A stretch of DNA of 64,000 nucleotides. Source: Octopus sinensis (Eukaryota). The stretch spans positions 9,362,001-9,426,000 of the forward strand of contig NC_043006.1 in the NCBI RefSeq assembly GCF_006345805.1, read 5' to 3'. Made by a program: the position numbers and the translations under genes. Position 1 is the first letter of the stretch. The number at the start of each line of letters is the position of its first letter. The notes under the pieces are model-generated. The model had not been told where the DNA came from. It ran no database searches and was given only the letters and a program-made list of their open reading frames with translations. Shown here one piece after another: positions 1 to 14,774 of the stretch.

Positions 1-512
1 AACTATAATAATCTTTCCTGCTTCGCAGACGTGGTATGGTTGCCGGTTTTAGTCGCTGACAGCCCAGTGATGCGAGGTGTACTACGTTACGGAACCAATA
101 CGGCAAATTTATGTACGTATGAATGTATAAAGGCCTGCATATTTCCAATACATGTGGTAACATACGTGGATATGTACGAGCAAATATACAAAGATTCTAA
201 CATGTATAGATGCAAATATATTTACCTACGTAGCAACACTTCGGAACATACACAAGGATGCAGCAACTCGGAGCATGGTTGAAAATTTAATTAATAAAGA
301 TTTCAAACTTGGTGATAATACAATAATTTTCTAATTGACTATTTACGGTAAAAAAAAGGCAGTGGATGACAGCCTTGACATTTTAATTAATTAATATGGA
401 ATGAATTTGGGAGTGAGGTTGATCAAATTCTATTAATGAATTAGAATTCCACGCTCAGCGATAAGAAATACTAATATTCTAAATGTACATGCCTATACAT
501 GCGTATACATAC

Positions 513-572
<60 letters not shown>

Positions 573-1032
573 TTACACAGACATATATGTGTGTACATAT
601 ATGTATGTATATATATGTATGTATGTATGTATAAATTAAATTATCATGATGTCGGTTGAAATTTGAAAAGCTTAGCAAATACAAGCAGTGATTCACATTT
701 AGGCAAAAGGCAAATACATTTTAAGAGTTACTTGCATCGAACCCAGTATTTGACTCTTAAATTATTTCATTATGCCGGAAGAAACAAGTCGACCTCAGCA
801 ACCTTTGAAACTAGATTGTGACGAACCAAAAGAAATACAACGAATTATTTCAATGGTGCACCTGTGCAATATATACCTGCCTGATCTGAAGAGTGCGTTT
901 AAGAAATGATCATCCGTTTATCTAATATCCGACGCGAAACCGTTTACAACACCGTTTATATGGATGAATAATACAGTATTGTTGCACTGGATGGAAAAAA
1001 TAATTCAGCTTTAGTTTTAAATATGTCTGTGG

Positions 1033-1104
<72 letters not shown>

Positions 1105-1149
1105 TGTGTGTTTATAGAGACCTGTAACCAAATATATACACATACACAT

Positions 1150-1490
1150 GCTGCCAAGTATGTGACGCTGGCATTCCGTCGCTTAAGACGACGTGGGTTC
1201 GAGTTTATCCAGTCAACGGAAAAGTAGGCTCGTGAAATTAACGTGCAAGTGTCTGAGAACTCCACAGATACGCTTACATTTCACGTAGTTATCAGGAGAT
1301 TTAGTTTGACATATTACGTGACAATGCTGGACTTCACTTTGAAATATATGTACCACTCATTTTTGATAGCTGAGTAAACTGGATCACGTGAAACAAAGTG
1401 TCTTGCTGAAAGACATAGCACATCTACGGAAACCGAACTCGCGTCCTTGTGATCTTGAGCCTAGTACGCTAACCATTAAGCCACGTGCCT
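1150..1490 (-). mobile_element. tRNA-derived SINE (family C)
   Basis: Minus strand starts GCACGTGGCTTAATGGTTAGCG...GAGTTCGGTTTCC (A/B-box-like), then CAGCAAGACACTTTGTTTCACGTG; homologous to 40514-40830. Confidence 0.7.
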
Positions 1491-1544
1491 TCACTAGCAT
1501 ACTTGTATACCTACGTGAATTATATAAAACGTAAAACGTCGCCC

Positions 1545-1840
1545 TCTTCTATCCTAACCAGGCTCATGGGCCATGTTTCCCGGTTTCTGTGGCGTATGTG
1601 TTCCGCCCAGATGGACGGGATCCTAGTCCATCGCAGCGTTACTAAAAAAATAGGAAGAGAGTGTGAGAGAATGTTGTGGCGAAATAGTACAACAGGGGTC
1701 ACCACTACCCCCTACCGGAGCCTCTTGGAGCTTTACGCATTTTCGCTCAATAAACATGCACAACACCCGGTCTGGGAAGCGAAACCACGATCCTCTGACC
1801 GCGAGTCCGCTGCCCTAATCACTGGGCCAATGTGCCCCCA
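1545..1840 (-). mobile_element. tRNA-derived SINE (family C-related)
   Basis: Minus-strand tRNA-like head TGGCCCAGTGATTAGGG...GGTTTCGCTTCCC; tail GCTGCGATGGACT...GAAACCGGGAAAC...CCCATGAG shared with 61848-62090. Confidence 0.7.
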
Positions 1841-2299
1841 CGAATTATAAACTACCGTTCGGAAAATAATATTCTGAGATATATTTCGTTACTGGATATT
1901 CGGGATGGAACAATTACCCAAGTAATTTTTACGCCAGTTGTGAGCGTATTTGCAATTTTTCCTCGAATTCGGATACGACTCGAAGATAGCTGCTGCTGAT
2001 ACATATGTCACAACATTTGACGTATTTTTTTTTCACAAATATATATATGACATAGTGTTGCGAATGGACATAGGTTTTGAACTACGGGTGCATGAAATTA
2101 TAGTGGTGTTGCACACCAACTTCTATCGAAAGCAGTGGGAGGAATATTACTAAAATTTATCTAATAACATGGCAAAAATGAACATTCAGATCACAAATTA
2201 TTGTTTGTTTCCTGCTTATGTATACAGAAATACAAGCACAGAAACAGACACACGGGCACACTCATATGTAAACGCACACACACGCATTCACTAAGATCA

Positions 2300-2395
2300 T
2301 GTATATATACTTACATGTATATAGATGTATATGTATATATATATATATATATACATATTTATATGTATATATTATATATATATATATAATATATA

Positions 2396-2475
<80 letters not shown>

Positions 2476-2585
2476 TATATTATATATATACATACATACA
2501 TGCACACATACATATGTATATCCGTATACATATGTATACATACGCACACAAAATATACGTACATTATACATACAGATATATATGT

Positions 2586-2623
<38 letters not shown>

Positions 2624-2648
2624 CTCTCTCTCTCTCTCTCTCCTTATA

Positions 2649-2688
<40 letters not shown>

Positions 2689-2700
2689 TACATGAATATC
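2300..2700. repeat. Compound (TA)n/(TC)n microsatellite, representative of dozens in the window
   Basis: Direct inspection; it explains the YIYI-type ORFs. Confidence 0.95.
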
Positions 2701-3509
2701 AATGTGTGTCCGTGTGCCGTGTGATCATATAATACATCAAAATTCTATCACACTACAAATCAACTTACGTGTTTTGAAATCGAATTCACTGGAAATTCAT
2801 GTACTGTTTCAATTACCTGTTGGCTGATTGAACTGTTACGGGCAATATGCCGATAAATGGTTCTATACAATACTATAACCGAATCGCCGATCGAGGAACA
2901 TCAAAAGCCCTTTAGATGCGAAAAGGAAAACAATATTAATACTTTTATTTCTATCCGATAAATACTCAATATTCAATTCTGTTGCAAGTGGGCCTGCATT
3001 TAACTATTATATGTAAGTAACTACACACATACCACATTGTACTTTTAATGGTATATCTAATCTTGTCTAATATTGTGTGCCAATTATTGTATTGAGATAT
3101 TGCATATTTTGCATTATGCTCCATGTATGTGATACTCTTATGAAAGGAATTTCTTTACGAGGACACCAAAATCTCTTATTATATGCTACGGATGTTATAT
3201 TACATGTCCCATGCAGTAATATAGCTGACATATTTGAATAGACTCATGACTTCAAATTAGATGCAGTTAGTTTGCTCTGTTTCCTGACAGAACTGCACAT
3301 TCTTCATGGCAATGGGGAATAATTTCCAGATAAATCTTCTCGAGGTTCTTTCCTATTCCCAGCAACCTCCTAAAATATCATGAGTTCTTCACTGCCCCCT
3401 CCAACTAAAATCTGACGTATTTGGCCAGTTTCCTTGTGAGTGATTTAGAGGCAGTAATTTTCATGCCTTACTAATGAAAAAAAACATATATTCATCACAG
3501 AACTTTTAC

Positions 3510-3696
3510 TGTGCCGGAGAAAATATTTTGCAGCATTTCTTCCGATATTACATTCTGAGTTCAAATTCCGCCGAGGTCGACTTTGCATTTCATCTTTTCG
3601 GAGTCGATCAATTAAGTACCAGTCAAGCACTGGAGTCCATAAGATCGACTACATCTTTATCCCAAAATCTCATGTCATCTGCCTATCTTAGAGAGG

Positions 3697-3697
<1 letters not shown>
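3510..3697 (+). mobile_element. SINE family B, degenerate copy ending in (TTA)n
   Basis: TTCTGAGTTCAAATTCCGCCGAGGTCGACTTTGC core shared with 63174-63410. Confidence 0.75.
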
Positions 3698-3760
<63 letters not shown>

Positions 3761-4255
3761 GTCCCGACGGAATGAAATTGTTTCTCTCATCGTAAGTGTT
3801 TCTCCTAAGTTTTCTTTCCAAAATGTGTTAATTGCTTACTTTTTTTACCAAACGTTTTGCTAAAGAACCAACTTTGCATAGGTGGGCCGCTTTGTCTTGT
3901 GAGTGGCCTCTGTATGAATAGTAAGCTTAAATTTATTTTTTCAAAATTAACTTAAAAAGAAAACAAATATAACGAAACCGGCCTTGTTGAAGAACATAGA
4001 AGAGGAGGTGAGAGGTTTTTGAAATAGAGAGTTGCAAGATGCCGTACTGGCCTCAGCCCACTACTCACAAATAGAAAGAGAGGCAAGCACACAACGTGTT
4101 CAAATGCCCACTCACGAAATTGCAGACACGTCAAAACATAATACCAACACTTTTAGCGACATCAGAAACTACGAAGCTGAATTTCCTCCAATTCAATGGA
4201 ATACTCTAACTCAAAAAAACAAAACGCTCATACCAGTAGTATCAAGAACACGTAA

Positions 4256-4460
4256 GGTGGTGAGCTGCCAGAAACGTTAGCACACAGGGCGAAATGCTTA
4301 GCGGTATTTCATTTGTCTTTACGTTCTAAGTTCAAATTCCACTTAGCCGTTCATCCTTTCGAGGTCGATAGATTAAGTAACAGTAGCGTACTGGAGTCGA
4401 TCTTATCGATTGGTTGCCTCCCCTCCAAATTTCAAGCCCTTTGCCTAGAGCAGAAAAGTA
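4256..4460 (+). mobile_element. SINE family B
   Basis: GGTGGTGAGCTGCCAGAAACGTTAGCAC...GGGCGAAATGCTTAGCGGTATTTC matches the head of 63174-63410. Confidence 0.8.
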
Positions 4461-4789
4461 TCATGACCACAGACGACTCCGCCACCACTACAACTACATC
4501 GAATAACCAAACGACAGGACATAGCGTCAGTTTCTCGACCACAAATAACTACATCACCGCCACCGGTACAATGAATAATATCGAAATAATTGACAACAAT
4601 ATGAACCAGAATACATTCGCTGCAACAGCAACGAGACGCAAAGGATATTGTTGTATGCATCTGCTTCAGAAAGACATGTATCTAGTTGAGGCAGCTAAAA
4701 TAAAATCATTGGGAAAGGCGCCGACTAATATCGCCATCCGCAACCACAACCAGCGAGGTGTTGACAGAAAGAAAAAAGAAAACTGTTTT

Positions 4790-5215
4790 ACAGATGCGTT
4801 TCAGTAAAAAAGAAGCCGCCAGAGATGGCGACCCAGGCAGACGTACAAAGGGCAACGAAAGAAATAATAGCCGCCATTTAGCATATAAGCGCGGGAAAAA
4901 TAGTTTGCCGGAAATTCAGTGCTCTTTAAATCTGAAGCTCTGGACAGTAAACACTTTGTGGTTCCCTGCCGGGGTGAAAAATATCTGTTCCATCCATCCT
5001 ATTCAGGAAGGAGGATGGGGTACATAAAGATCGCTGAGATACCACCAGAGGTACACCTGTTGTGGATTCTCGCAGCGATCGCTTTGAAGGGGGCAACAGC
5101 CTCATGGAACTGAAAAGGACACGTCGCGAAAACTTGACTCTAAAACCACATTAAATATTCATACAACATGAACATTTAATGTGGCTCCAGTTATTTCAAA
5201 GAGATTGCTGTTGAA
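4790..5215 (+). pseudogene. Decayed L1/Tx1-like ORF1 fragment
   Basis: IKIAEIPPEVHLLWILAAI aligns by eye with IRTPRVSPQVNPM*LMEAV at 57.4 kb; GHVAKT resembles the end of a zinc knuckle; frameshifted. Confidence 0.45.
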
Positions 5216-5242
5216 CCTCTCATTTCGTAATTTAATTCCATA

Positions 5243-5403
5243 GGCGCAAGAGTGGCTGTGTGGTAAGTAGCTTGCAAACCAACCACATAGTTCCGGGCAT
5301 CTTGGGCAAGTGTCTTCTGCTATAGCCCCGGGCCGACCAATGCCTTGTGAGTGGATTTGGTAGATGGAAATTGAAAGAAGCATGTCGTATATTCGTATAT
5401 ATG

Positions 5404-5462
<59 letters not shown>

Positions 5463-5686
5463 TGTGTGTGTGTGTGTGTTTGTCCCCCTAGCATTGCTTG
5501 ACAACCGATGCTGGTGTGTTTACGTCCCCGTCACCTAGCGGTTCGGCAAAAGAGACCGATAGAATAAGTACTGGGCTTACAAGGAATAAGTCCCGGATCG
5601 ATTTTCTCGACTAAAGGCGGTTCTCCAGCATGGCCGCAGTCAAATGACTGAAACAAGTAAAAGAGTAAAAGAGTAAGAGTAAAGAG
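5243..5686 (+). mobile_element. SINE family A with internal (TA)n(TG)n microsatellite
   Basis: Head GGCGCAAGAGTGGCTGTGTGGTAAG, core CTTGGGCAAGTGTCTT, tail ...ATGACTGAAACAAGTAAAAGAGTAAAAGAG; several homologous copies in the window. Confidence 0.85.
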
Positions 5687-6008
5687 CGCCGTGTGTAATT
5701 TCTAGAGTGGTGCAGATATTGGTTAATGCGAGGGCGTATTAATTTTTTCGTTTGTAAGATAAGTAATGTGTCTTATGCTCAAGGATAAAAATGAAGCAAG
5801 CTTCTTCAATACTGCGAAACATATAACAAGCGCCAGTAATATACCTACACGTATAAACTACATCTATAGTTTGGAGCGATCATTTGTTTTGCTATTCTAT
5901 TCCCGTATGTGTAAACGTCAATGTGTGCACATATATATGTGCATATATATGGATATATCAAGAAAGATAGCTAGAGAGAGAGAGAGACAGACAGTCACAC
6001 ACAGATAT

Positions 6009-6108
<100 letters not shown>

Positions 6109-6294
6109 TAGATAGATTGAAGCAAGAACTTTTATAATCCTTATTTCGCTACCTAACTGATCGTCTAGCAGGAATATCAGAGCAGTTATTGAACAAATCA
6201 TTGAATTTACATAAACGCAACACACACACGCGCATATTTGAATGTATACATACACACACACACACACACACACACATACATACATATATATATA

Positions 6295-6368
<74 letters not shown>

Positions 6369-9300
6369 ATATGTATGTATATATGTATATGTTTCTGTTA
6401 ACTTTTCATTAGTTACACTGAAAGGAAATTGTTCCAAGGCAGACCTATAATCTATTAGAGACTTAATCGATCCCACTATATAATTATTCGGTATGGAGGT
6501 ATTGATTCCTGAAGGATGAAAAGCGAAAATTTACCCCCATCACCTACTGTTTTAACTGCGAACACTAGTATAAGAATTTAATAGAGATATGCATTTTGGC
6601 CGAAAATCTCTTGTCTTAACCTATTTCTTGCTTCTTTGATGCAATGCTTATAATCATATGGGAAACGCCAATTTGATTATCCATATATCGAGCGAGTGAC
6701 GTGATCTCTAGACTCAATGCCCCGAGCAATTGGCTTTGGTAGTTCTTGCTGTCGTTGCTTAGTTTTCATGTTCGCAATAGTCGAAGAAACCTACCATTAA
6801 AGCCATTCCACGTTGACGTCACTTGAATTATTTTTCTCTCATACCCAATATAAACTAAACAACCTCAATCGACTCGTCTTTAAACATGGTTATTTTTAAC
6901 GCTGAACATGATTTGGCTGGTATTTTTAGTCGTTGGAGCGAACGTCAATAAACTGGTAGAAACGGTGATGTTTTTACCCAGGTCGAATCAATGAACTCCA
7001 CTTATGACTATTATTGGCATCATTATGGTTGTGTCGAAATGTATTATGCAACTATAAATATACACACAAATCTCCCCACACACATGTATTAATATCTCCC
7101 TGCGCCGTGGCATCCTTTACCGGTAATTATTTTTTATCATAGCCAGGTAAGCCGAGAAGGTAACAGTGAGGTCTTCAAGACATTGAATTTACTCTTACGA
7201 GGTTTCTGCTATTCTGTCATCCAATCCAATGCTGGGCAGTCTGTAACACTAGCTAGGTTAGGAAACAGAGTTTTGTTTTGATGATAAGTTATATACAAAA
7301 TCGTTATAAGATTAACCTGAAGGAGTACAAAATACATTTTTCTAGAGTACATATTAACTTATACAAGGAAAAAAGTTTAACAGTGAATTTGATAGTTCAC
7401 CTTCCTGACCTTCCTCAGACAGACTGATGTTGGTGAGCTAGATGAGACTCCGAATCTAATATTAATTTCTCCCTTCTAAAATTTATTTCGCACACATGCA
7501 TGTGTGTGTGGACGTTGTCGTTGGGAGATGAGACATATTTGTCTCAAGTTTCCCTTCGGTTAATGAAGACTTCTTTTTATTTGCCACTCATGAGTCGTAC
7601 CTCATATACACCTAAAATCGAAATCACTATTGACTGTTGTATCATATGTTAAGTTATTGAGTTAGGCTGCCACGACAGAAAAGATATACGTGTTTTGCTC
7701 ACACTGTATTTGCTGCTTTGTACTCTATCCAAGATATTCAATTTCAGATCTTCTTCACGGCACCTGCTACTGGATACAATTCTCCTATTGTCCATTCGTG
7801 AAGGGTAATATCATTGTTGATCCAATCTAACCATATTTTACTCCATGTCACATCTGCCATTATTATGGGCTCATTTTGTGTTCCAAAGCAAGACACAATC
7901 AAGGGGCAATATCGTTAATGATGTCATTGGCCATAATTTGGAGCTATCCTTTCCTAAAATATTGCAGAGGCAGCTGGGAATGAAAGCGCATTTGGCTCGG
8001 CTATTGTGGAAAACAGGAAGCGTATGTCTCCTCCCAATGAAGAATAATTGACGTAAAGTTTTTGTTAGTTCTGCTCCTAATTCATGTTCAGACTACTACA
8101 ATATGCGCGGTATGCTTCTCCAGGTATAATATCTCAGATTTTGCTTTCTTGCCGATGAGTAGTTCTGTAATATTCAAATCTGGTTTACAATTCTGCTTTA
8201 CAAAATTTTAGCACTATTTGGATCCCTCTGCAAATGTTGGACAATATGCTCATCGTTTGCGATAGGACACTGACAACATACGTCGCTATGATATTTGTGT
8301 TTACATTCGTTGCGAGGCACTTATACATACTGTCTCGGTGTTATTAAAATGTAGGATTTCTTTTAATACCTCTATAGCATTATGTCTTGCATTGGATTTG
8401 AAATAGTGAAGCAAGATATACTTGTAAAGAATATTTACAGTGTAATCTGCCGGAAGTGTTGATTTGAAATGTACGTCAAAGGATGTCAAAACCACAATGT
8501 AGTTACACCAGTCAAGGAATACTGGTAGAATGTTCCATTAAAAACAGCAACCCGGGGCAAAGATAACAGATCTGAAATTGTTCTCTGAGGGAACAAAACC
8601 GTGTTCCCTTGTAGAGATCAGCCTACCCATCGTGTGTGAATGTACCATCAAAAGCCCAAACAAAAGAGAATGTTTATGGTGAATTAATGCGAAACATAGA
8701 GCTCTTGTTTCCTAAATATATATTTTTCATTTGTAGTTATTATTATTGGTGTATTAGCCTATGTACCTACACATTTACACAAAAAAATGTAGTAACTGTA
8801 GGTTTTTCGATGACACTGACACACATTCTCTAAATCTAATCTATTAGTGGCACAGGGAAAAAAATTAAGACAATCCAAAGATTTTCTGCCTGAGAGACGT
8901 TAGATGAATGGGCGAACACACTTGTGCATATGCATTCTCAGTTCAACTTAAGACACCAACTCAACCACAAATTTACAAACACAGGAAATTCACTTTAACT
9001 CGAAAAAACTTGCTGCTTTGTTAGAAACCATATTGAACTCTCTTCATATGAACTTAAATAAAACAAACGCATATATATACGCATATATGCATTTCATAAA
9101 AAAAACAAAAAAACTTCCATTTTTTTCACTTTGGATCAATCAAGATATTTGTGTCTTTAGTAATTAGTGTTATAGAAAATGTTATTGAAACGTGTACATT
9201 ATGTAATATGTCACACATAAATATTATGCGACAAATTTATTGCAATTCACATCCGTAGTTAATAGGAATTTTGTGTTCAGCTAATAGAAGATAATATATT

Positions 9301-9999
9301 TTATTGCAAGTTTGGTCAGCTCTGTAGAGCAAAATATATTTCATACGGAATAAAAGTCTATATTATTTAAATTGTGAAGATAGTCGTATATTTACGGCTG
9401 GACATAACAAGGACAGATTAGTTAATTTACACTGATTAAATAGTATTTTTTGTTGCTGAGTTGGAAAAGGAGAGCATATATAAAATATTTCAGGGGTTTA
9501 AGTTGCGCCAGATGAAATGAAAAAACAAAACAATTATAGTACGATCGTTGTGTAGGCCAAAGTGATTGCTTGCGTGTGTGCATCGCTGAAGTTATCCAAT
9601 AGCAAAGAGGAGGTATTAAAACGGGGAACGGTTACAAGTTGCATTTTATATGACCAGATTGGATCATTCCGATTGTCGTCCAAACATTTTCTTTCGTATG
9701 GTAGCTGATATCTGACATCTCACCAAATTTTAAGCTTATGTATATTATGTGTTAACTACACGTATGATTCGAATGCTGGTCTGTTGTAAAAGTCATTTGC
9801 TTAATAATTATTGCGCTTGGATTAAATGAAATATTACTGTAAATACTATTTTATGAGAGAGCGATTACAATTCATTTGATCATACATTTAGTATCCTACA
9901 CACACACACACACACACAGACACACACAAACACACACATATATATAGTCGGGAAAGTATAAATCCGAAAAAGAAGCACACACTAAATTATAGGTATATT

Positions 10000-10061
<62 letters not shown>

Positions 10062-10079
10062 TATATATATATACATATA

Positions 10080-10387
10080 TAGGGGCTGAACAAAGTAATG
10101 GACACATCTAGTATCATGGCATGATAATTTTGAAATATCTATATTGCCGTCAAACGCTCGTTTATTGTTTATGTTTTTTGATTTATTATTAGTGTTGCTT
10201 AATGTTTTGCTAAAATTGCTGTTTCTTTTTAGATATAATCAGAAAATTGTATTAAAATTCATTAAAATGACGAGATCTATCGGACTTTTAAAGAGATCAA
10301 ATTGTTGGTGATCGTATGGCAGGTGTTAGCGTAACGAAAACACCCGAAATGTTTTGTGTATCAGGAAGTACTGTCTTGAAAGTAACA
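10080..10387 (+). mobile_element. Tc1-family transposon, 5' fragment
   Basis: TIR-like start TAGGGGCTGAACAAAGTAATGGACAC, then frameshifted MT.DLSDF*RDQIVGDRMAGVSVTKTPEMFCVSGSTVLKV, typical of the Tc1 N-terminal HTH. Confidence 0.75.
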
Positions 10388-12125
10388 TTTTTTAAAAGAC
10401 ATTATTTTCATCCGTTTGGAGCAGGCCTATTTTATCAACATTGATAGTGGTGGTGTGTTTCAATTTTTATGCTAGGATGTTGATGGTTTCATATACAGCC
10501 TTTCTGTCGCCTTCCCTTATTCGAGTTTCGAAGACTTTTCACTAATCTACTAGCTTTTAACCTTTTATTTCCTTCATTTTCTATCCCCCAAACGTATATT
10601 CACTGCATCCAACACAATCTCCATCTCTGATTATCATAAATTGGTGGTGTCCACTTCTTCTTCAAGCCTTCAGTCATTCACTGAGTTTAGCTTGCAGGGA
10701 GAAGCAGAGAATGTTCTTGCATCCAATGGTGAGAGTCAGGCGAAAATCAGTGTACTCCTCCATGATTATAGCTGGTGTTGCCGGAAACTAAGGTATTATC
10801 TCTACCCGAAGACTCTTGTTACAGTACTGAGTCCTAAGTGCTGATGACAAGTACGAGATCGCTTATACTATGCAGAGCCGTCTATTTGGTGGTTGGTACA
10901 GCTTTCCTTCACAAAATTGGGAATTAGATTTTTCAGAATTTTCCATTTGTTTATCATTGCATATCTTTCGCGTCTTCTCTCCCAGTAGATCATCTGTTTC
11001 AAACTTTTTCGTCTATTGCCGTTGGCGTTTATCGAGTTCGGCTGTGAGTTTGATGCACTGAGGCAGCCATAAATATCGCCGTCGAAACTTGTACAGTACA
11101 GATTTGTGACTTCTTGGAATTTGGACGCCGCTACAGAAGAAAAGATTGACTCGGTACAATATATGGGCTGCAGGGAGATGCTGAATGCAGTAAGGATCTA
11201 CTCCCTAGAGGGAAGACGCAAAGAGTCTCGTGATATTCAATATGCAAATCTAGCTAATTTTTGCATAAACGCGTGCATATTCATGAATGTTTATGCAAGT
11301 ATACAAAAGAAAATGAACATTTGTCGAAAGTGCCCATGAAATGCGGTATTTAGTTTAAATTTCTTGATATTTTTCATCAGAAATGACAGTAAATCTTTAA
11401 TCAAAATTAACGAGCACTGAAATATTACAACCTTTGCATATTTATCGCCGTGTACGAAGTATATTAGTTAAATAAGTTAAATAGTTAAACCCCATACGAA
11501 TTTGTGTATTTATCCACCAGAAATCGAACAAAATCTTCGGAATCTCACATGGTATTATAATGATATTCCAACGTTCGTCAGTCTGAAGTCTACCCATACG
11601 CACTCTTGTTTACGTGTCCACCAGTGTATATTTTCTCCAAAACTGAAATCTTACAAAAGGTCAGATTCTTTGAGTGGCATGATGTAAACATAGACATAAC
11701 ATTGTCATTTATTATGTCTAGTAATCATTGATAATGATTAAGCCACGTTTATTGTTGATGTTGTTGCTGCTACTGATGCTGCTGTTGCTACTTCTGCTAC
11801 TTTTCTTGCTTCAATTATGTACGAGTGTTTATGTGGTTGCGTGTCTATAGATCATGTGTAACCCTACATGAATTATTACTATACAAAAGGCAAGCATCGA
11901 TCTGTCCACTATGCTATTGTCAGCGCCTCTGTTGTTTTAGCTGATACGTCGGTTATTATTGTTACTGCTCTCTTGGTTGCTTTGGCGATGGTATTTTAGC
12001 AAAACTCTGTATTTTCGTATCACATAAATTAAACATACATTGTCCAAGCGAACAAACACAAAACACACACAAACACACATCACTCAAAACGTAGACTCAT
12101 GCATATATATATATATATATATATA

Positions 12126-12160
<35 letters not shown>

Positions 12161-12181
12161 CATATATAAATATATATATAT

Positions 12182-12230
<49 letters not shown>

Positions 12231-12825
12231 AATATATATATATATATGTATAAACTCACACAGGCACAAAGGGAACTGTACACACAAATCCCCAGAAACA
12301 GATTATTGAATCGCACGCTTACATACACACTCAGACAAATAATTATATATATATATATAGTTACATCTACGTTAAAATACACGTACATCCCCACACGTAC
12401 ACACTTCACAACTTACTGAGTTACACAAACACACTCAGACACACACATACACACACATACAACTACACACACAGATACTACTACACGCACACAACTGTAT
12501 CCAAATGCTATGTCGACCAGTAAAAAAAAAATTTTATGATGTCTAACATTTGTTTGATGATAAAGATGAGCGAGTAAGGATGTATTGAAGTTTCCGAGTA
12601 CTTAGTCAACAATAATATAATCGTTGCTATAGGTGATGTCGATTTTGATTGTGTTATAGATAACAGTGGTCGTGGTATCGATGCTGCTATTACATCTATT
12701 CAGGCTGCTGCTGTCGCTGCTCCTGCTATTTCGACTGAGGATGCCAATGATGATGATGATGATGATGAGGAGGAGGAGGATGACGACACTGATGATGAGG
12801 ATGGTGAAAATGATGATGCTTGTAG

Positions 12826-13194
12826 TTTCTTTTATTTGTTTCAGTCATTTGACCGTTGCCATGCTGGGGCCCCACCTTTAGTCGAACACATCGGCCCCAG
12901 GACTTATTCTTCGTAAGCCTGCCTGGTACTTATTCTATCGGTCTCTTTTGCTGAACCGCTAAGATACGGGGACATGAACACACCAAAATTGGTCGTCAAG
13001 CGATGGTGGGAACAAACATAGTCACACACACACACCCACACACATATATATATATATACGACGGGCTTCTTTCAGTTTCCATGTGCCATATCCACTCACA
13101 AGGCTTTGGTCGGCCCGAGGCTATAGTTGAAGACCCTTGCCCAAAGTACCACGCAGTGGAACTGAACCCAGATCCACACAGCCACTCCTGCACC
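12826..13194 (-). mobile_element. SINE family A
   Basis: Reverse complement of the 5243-5686 family with a short deletion in the head. Confidence 0.85.
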
Positions 13195-13199
13195 TAACT

Positions 13200-13298
13200 A
13201 AAAAGTTCGAAACGCTTCACGAATTTCCGTGTAATCCTTGCGCAGAGGCCATGCTAATCTCTGCATCGTTCCCGTTTAAGAATATGTACCGCCTTAGC
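13200..13298 (-). pseudogene. U6: U6 snRNA retrocopy (pseudogene)
   Basis: Minus strand reads ...ACATATTCTTAAACGGGAACGATGCAGAGATTAGCATGGCCTCTGCGCAAGGATTACACGGAAATTCGTGAAGCGTTTCGAACTTTTT, colinear with U6. The ACAGAGA box is mutated with a 3-nt deletion after it, so it is likely non-functional. Confidence 0.9.
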
Positions 13299-14774
13299 TA
13301 GTGGTGGTTATGTTGATAATGTCATATGTGAATATCCATAATATTGGAATTTTAGCGATGACTCTGGTGTTAATGATCATGAGATTTTCGAATCAATAAA
13401 AAAAAAGATACACACACTCACACAATTACTCATACATATACATAGCAGGCACATAAATGCATATACATACACAAACATATTTTCGGATGTATATATACAC
13501 ATCATTAGATACCTTCCCCTCCTTTCTAAACAATAAATGAATAAAGTCAAAATTTAGGCGATACTGTTCTCTATCAGTTTCCTCTGTGGTAACCAATGCA
13601 GGCTGACTAACGGCACGAGAATTTTAAAACTAAGTTCTAGACAAAAAAATGGCTACGGAAGCGAGATCTCTTTGATCTAGCTTACGTAGCCATTTTCTCA
13701 AAATCTAATGTTTACAGGCAATTTTTTTTAACCTTTAAACCGTCAACTGATGTCTTGTATTACCTAACTTGCCCCTCAGTCATCCCACAGTTCCTTTCAA
13801 CCAATTCTCTCCCATTACATTTTAAAATCTACAATACGACCTCTACTCTTCTTATTTTCTTTTCGTATTCAAGTTGTAAATATTTCTGAAAAGCGTTCTC
13901 TACTGAGCCATTTGTCCAGTGTTTTCTACTGAGTATAGTACAACTTCATCATACGGGTGTTTCTGAATCCGTGTAAGGTCATAAACATACACAAGTATGC
14001 TTGTTTTCGTCACAAGTAATCAAGTATGCAAGGCAAGTGTCAAAATAAGTTTCGATTTCATTGTCTCATTATGTACGCAACATTTCATATGACTACATTC
14101 TGTATACCTAGTATTTTTTTTATGTTACTCTGTCTGTCTTTTCCTTTCTCCTTGTGTGTCTATCACTTTCTATTAACACACACATACACACATACTCGTG
14201 CTTTGAGTTGTAATTTCTTGTTTGCATCACCAAACACGTCTGCAGACACACTTGCACACACATACATATACGCGGAGGGTTTTAACATGTTCGACTAATA
14301 GTTTCAGGCTGTAGAGATACACTAAATTCGCAGAATATTATATCATGTCATGTCTCTCTGAGCAGTATTTCAGGAACAGTCCAAAACATAACGCTATGCA
14401 AAGCGGTGAAGGTTGTGTTTTCCAGTTTGACAAGACAAACCTTACTATGTGAGTACATTTGATAAAATTATTCGGATCGGGAATTAAGTAGTGTAGTAGA
14501 ATTTGGGGATCTTAATAGTATGTGCCATCATTCTCACATTACATTACTAATAAATGTTTAAGTGAAACTTTACGATTTTAATGTGTTTCTGAATGACTAA
14601 CTTATATATCTCCCACGTAGCACTTGCTATATATACACACATACATACAACATTACATATATATATATATATATATATATATGTATACAGGTATGTATGT
14701 ATATATATATATACACACAAACAGACCCATGTGCACGCGCGCGCACACATGCACACACACAGATATATATAAGA

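Noticed and set aside
7450-8500. Possible ancient DNA-transposon coding relic on the minus strand
   Set aside because: The composition looks coding-like but no diagnostic motif could be read.
11050-11110. CTGAGGC...GAAACTTGTACAGTA hammerhead-like string
   Set aside because: A9 is mutated and stems I and II do not form.
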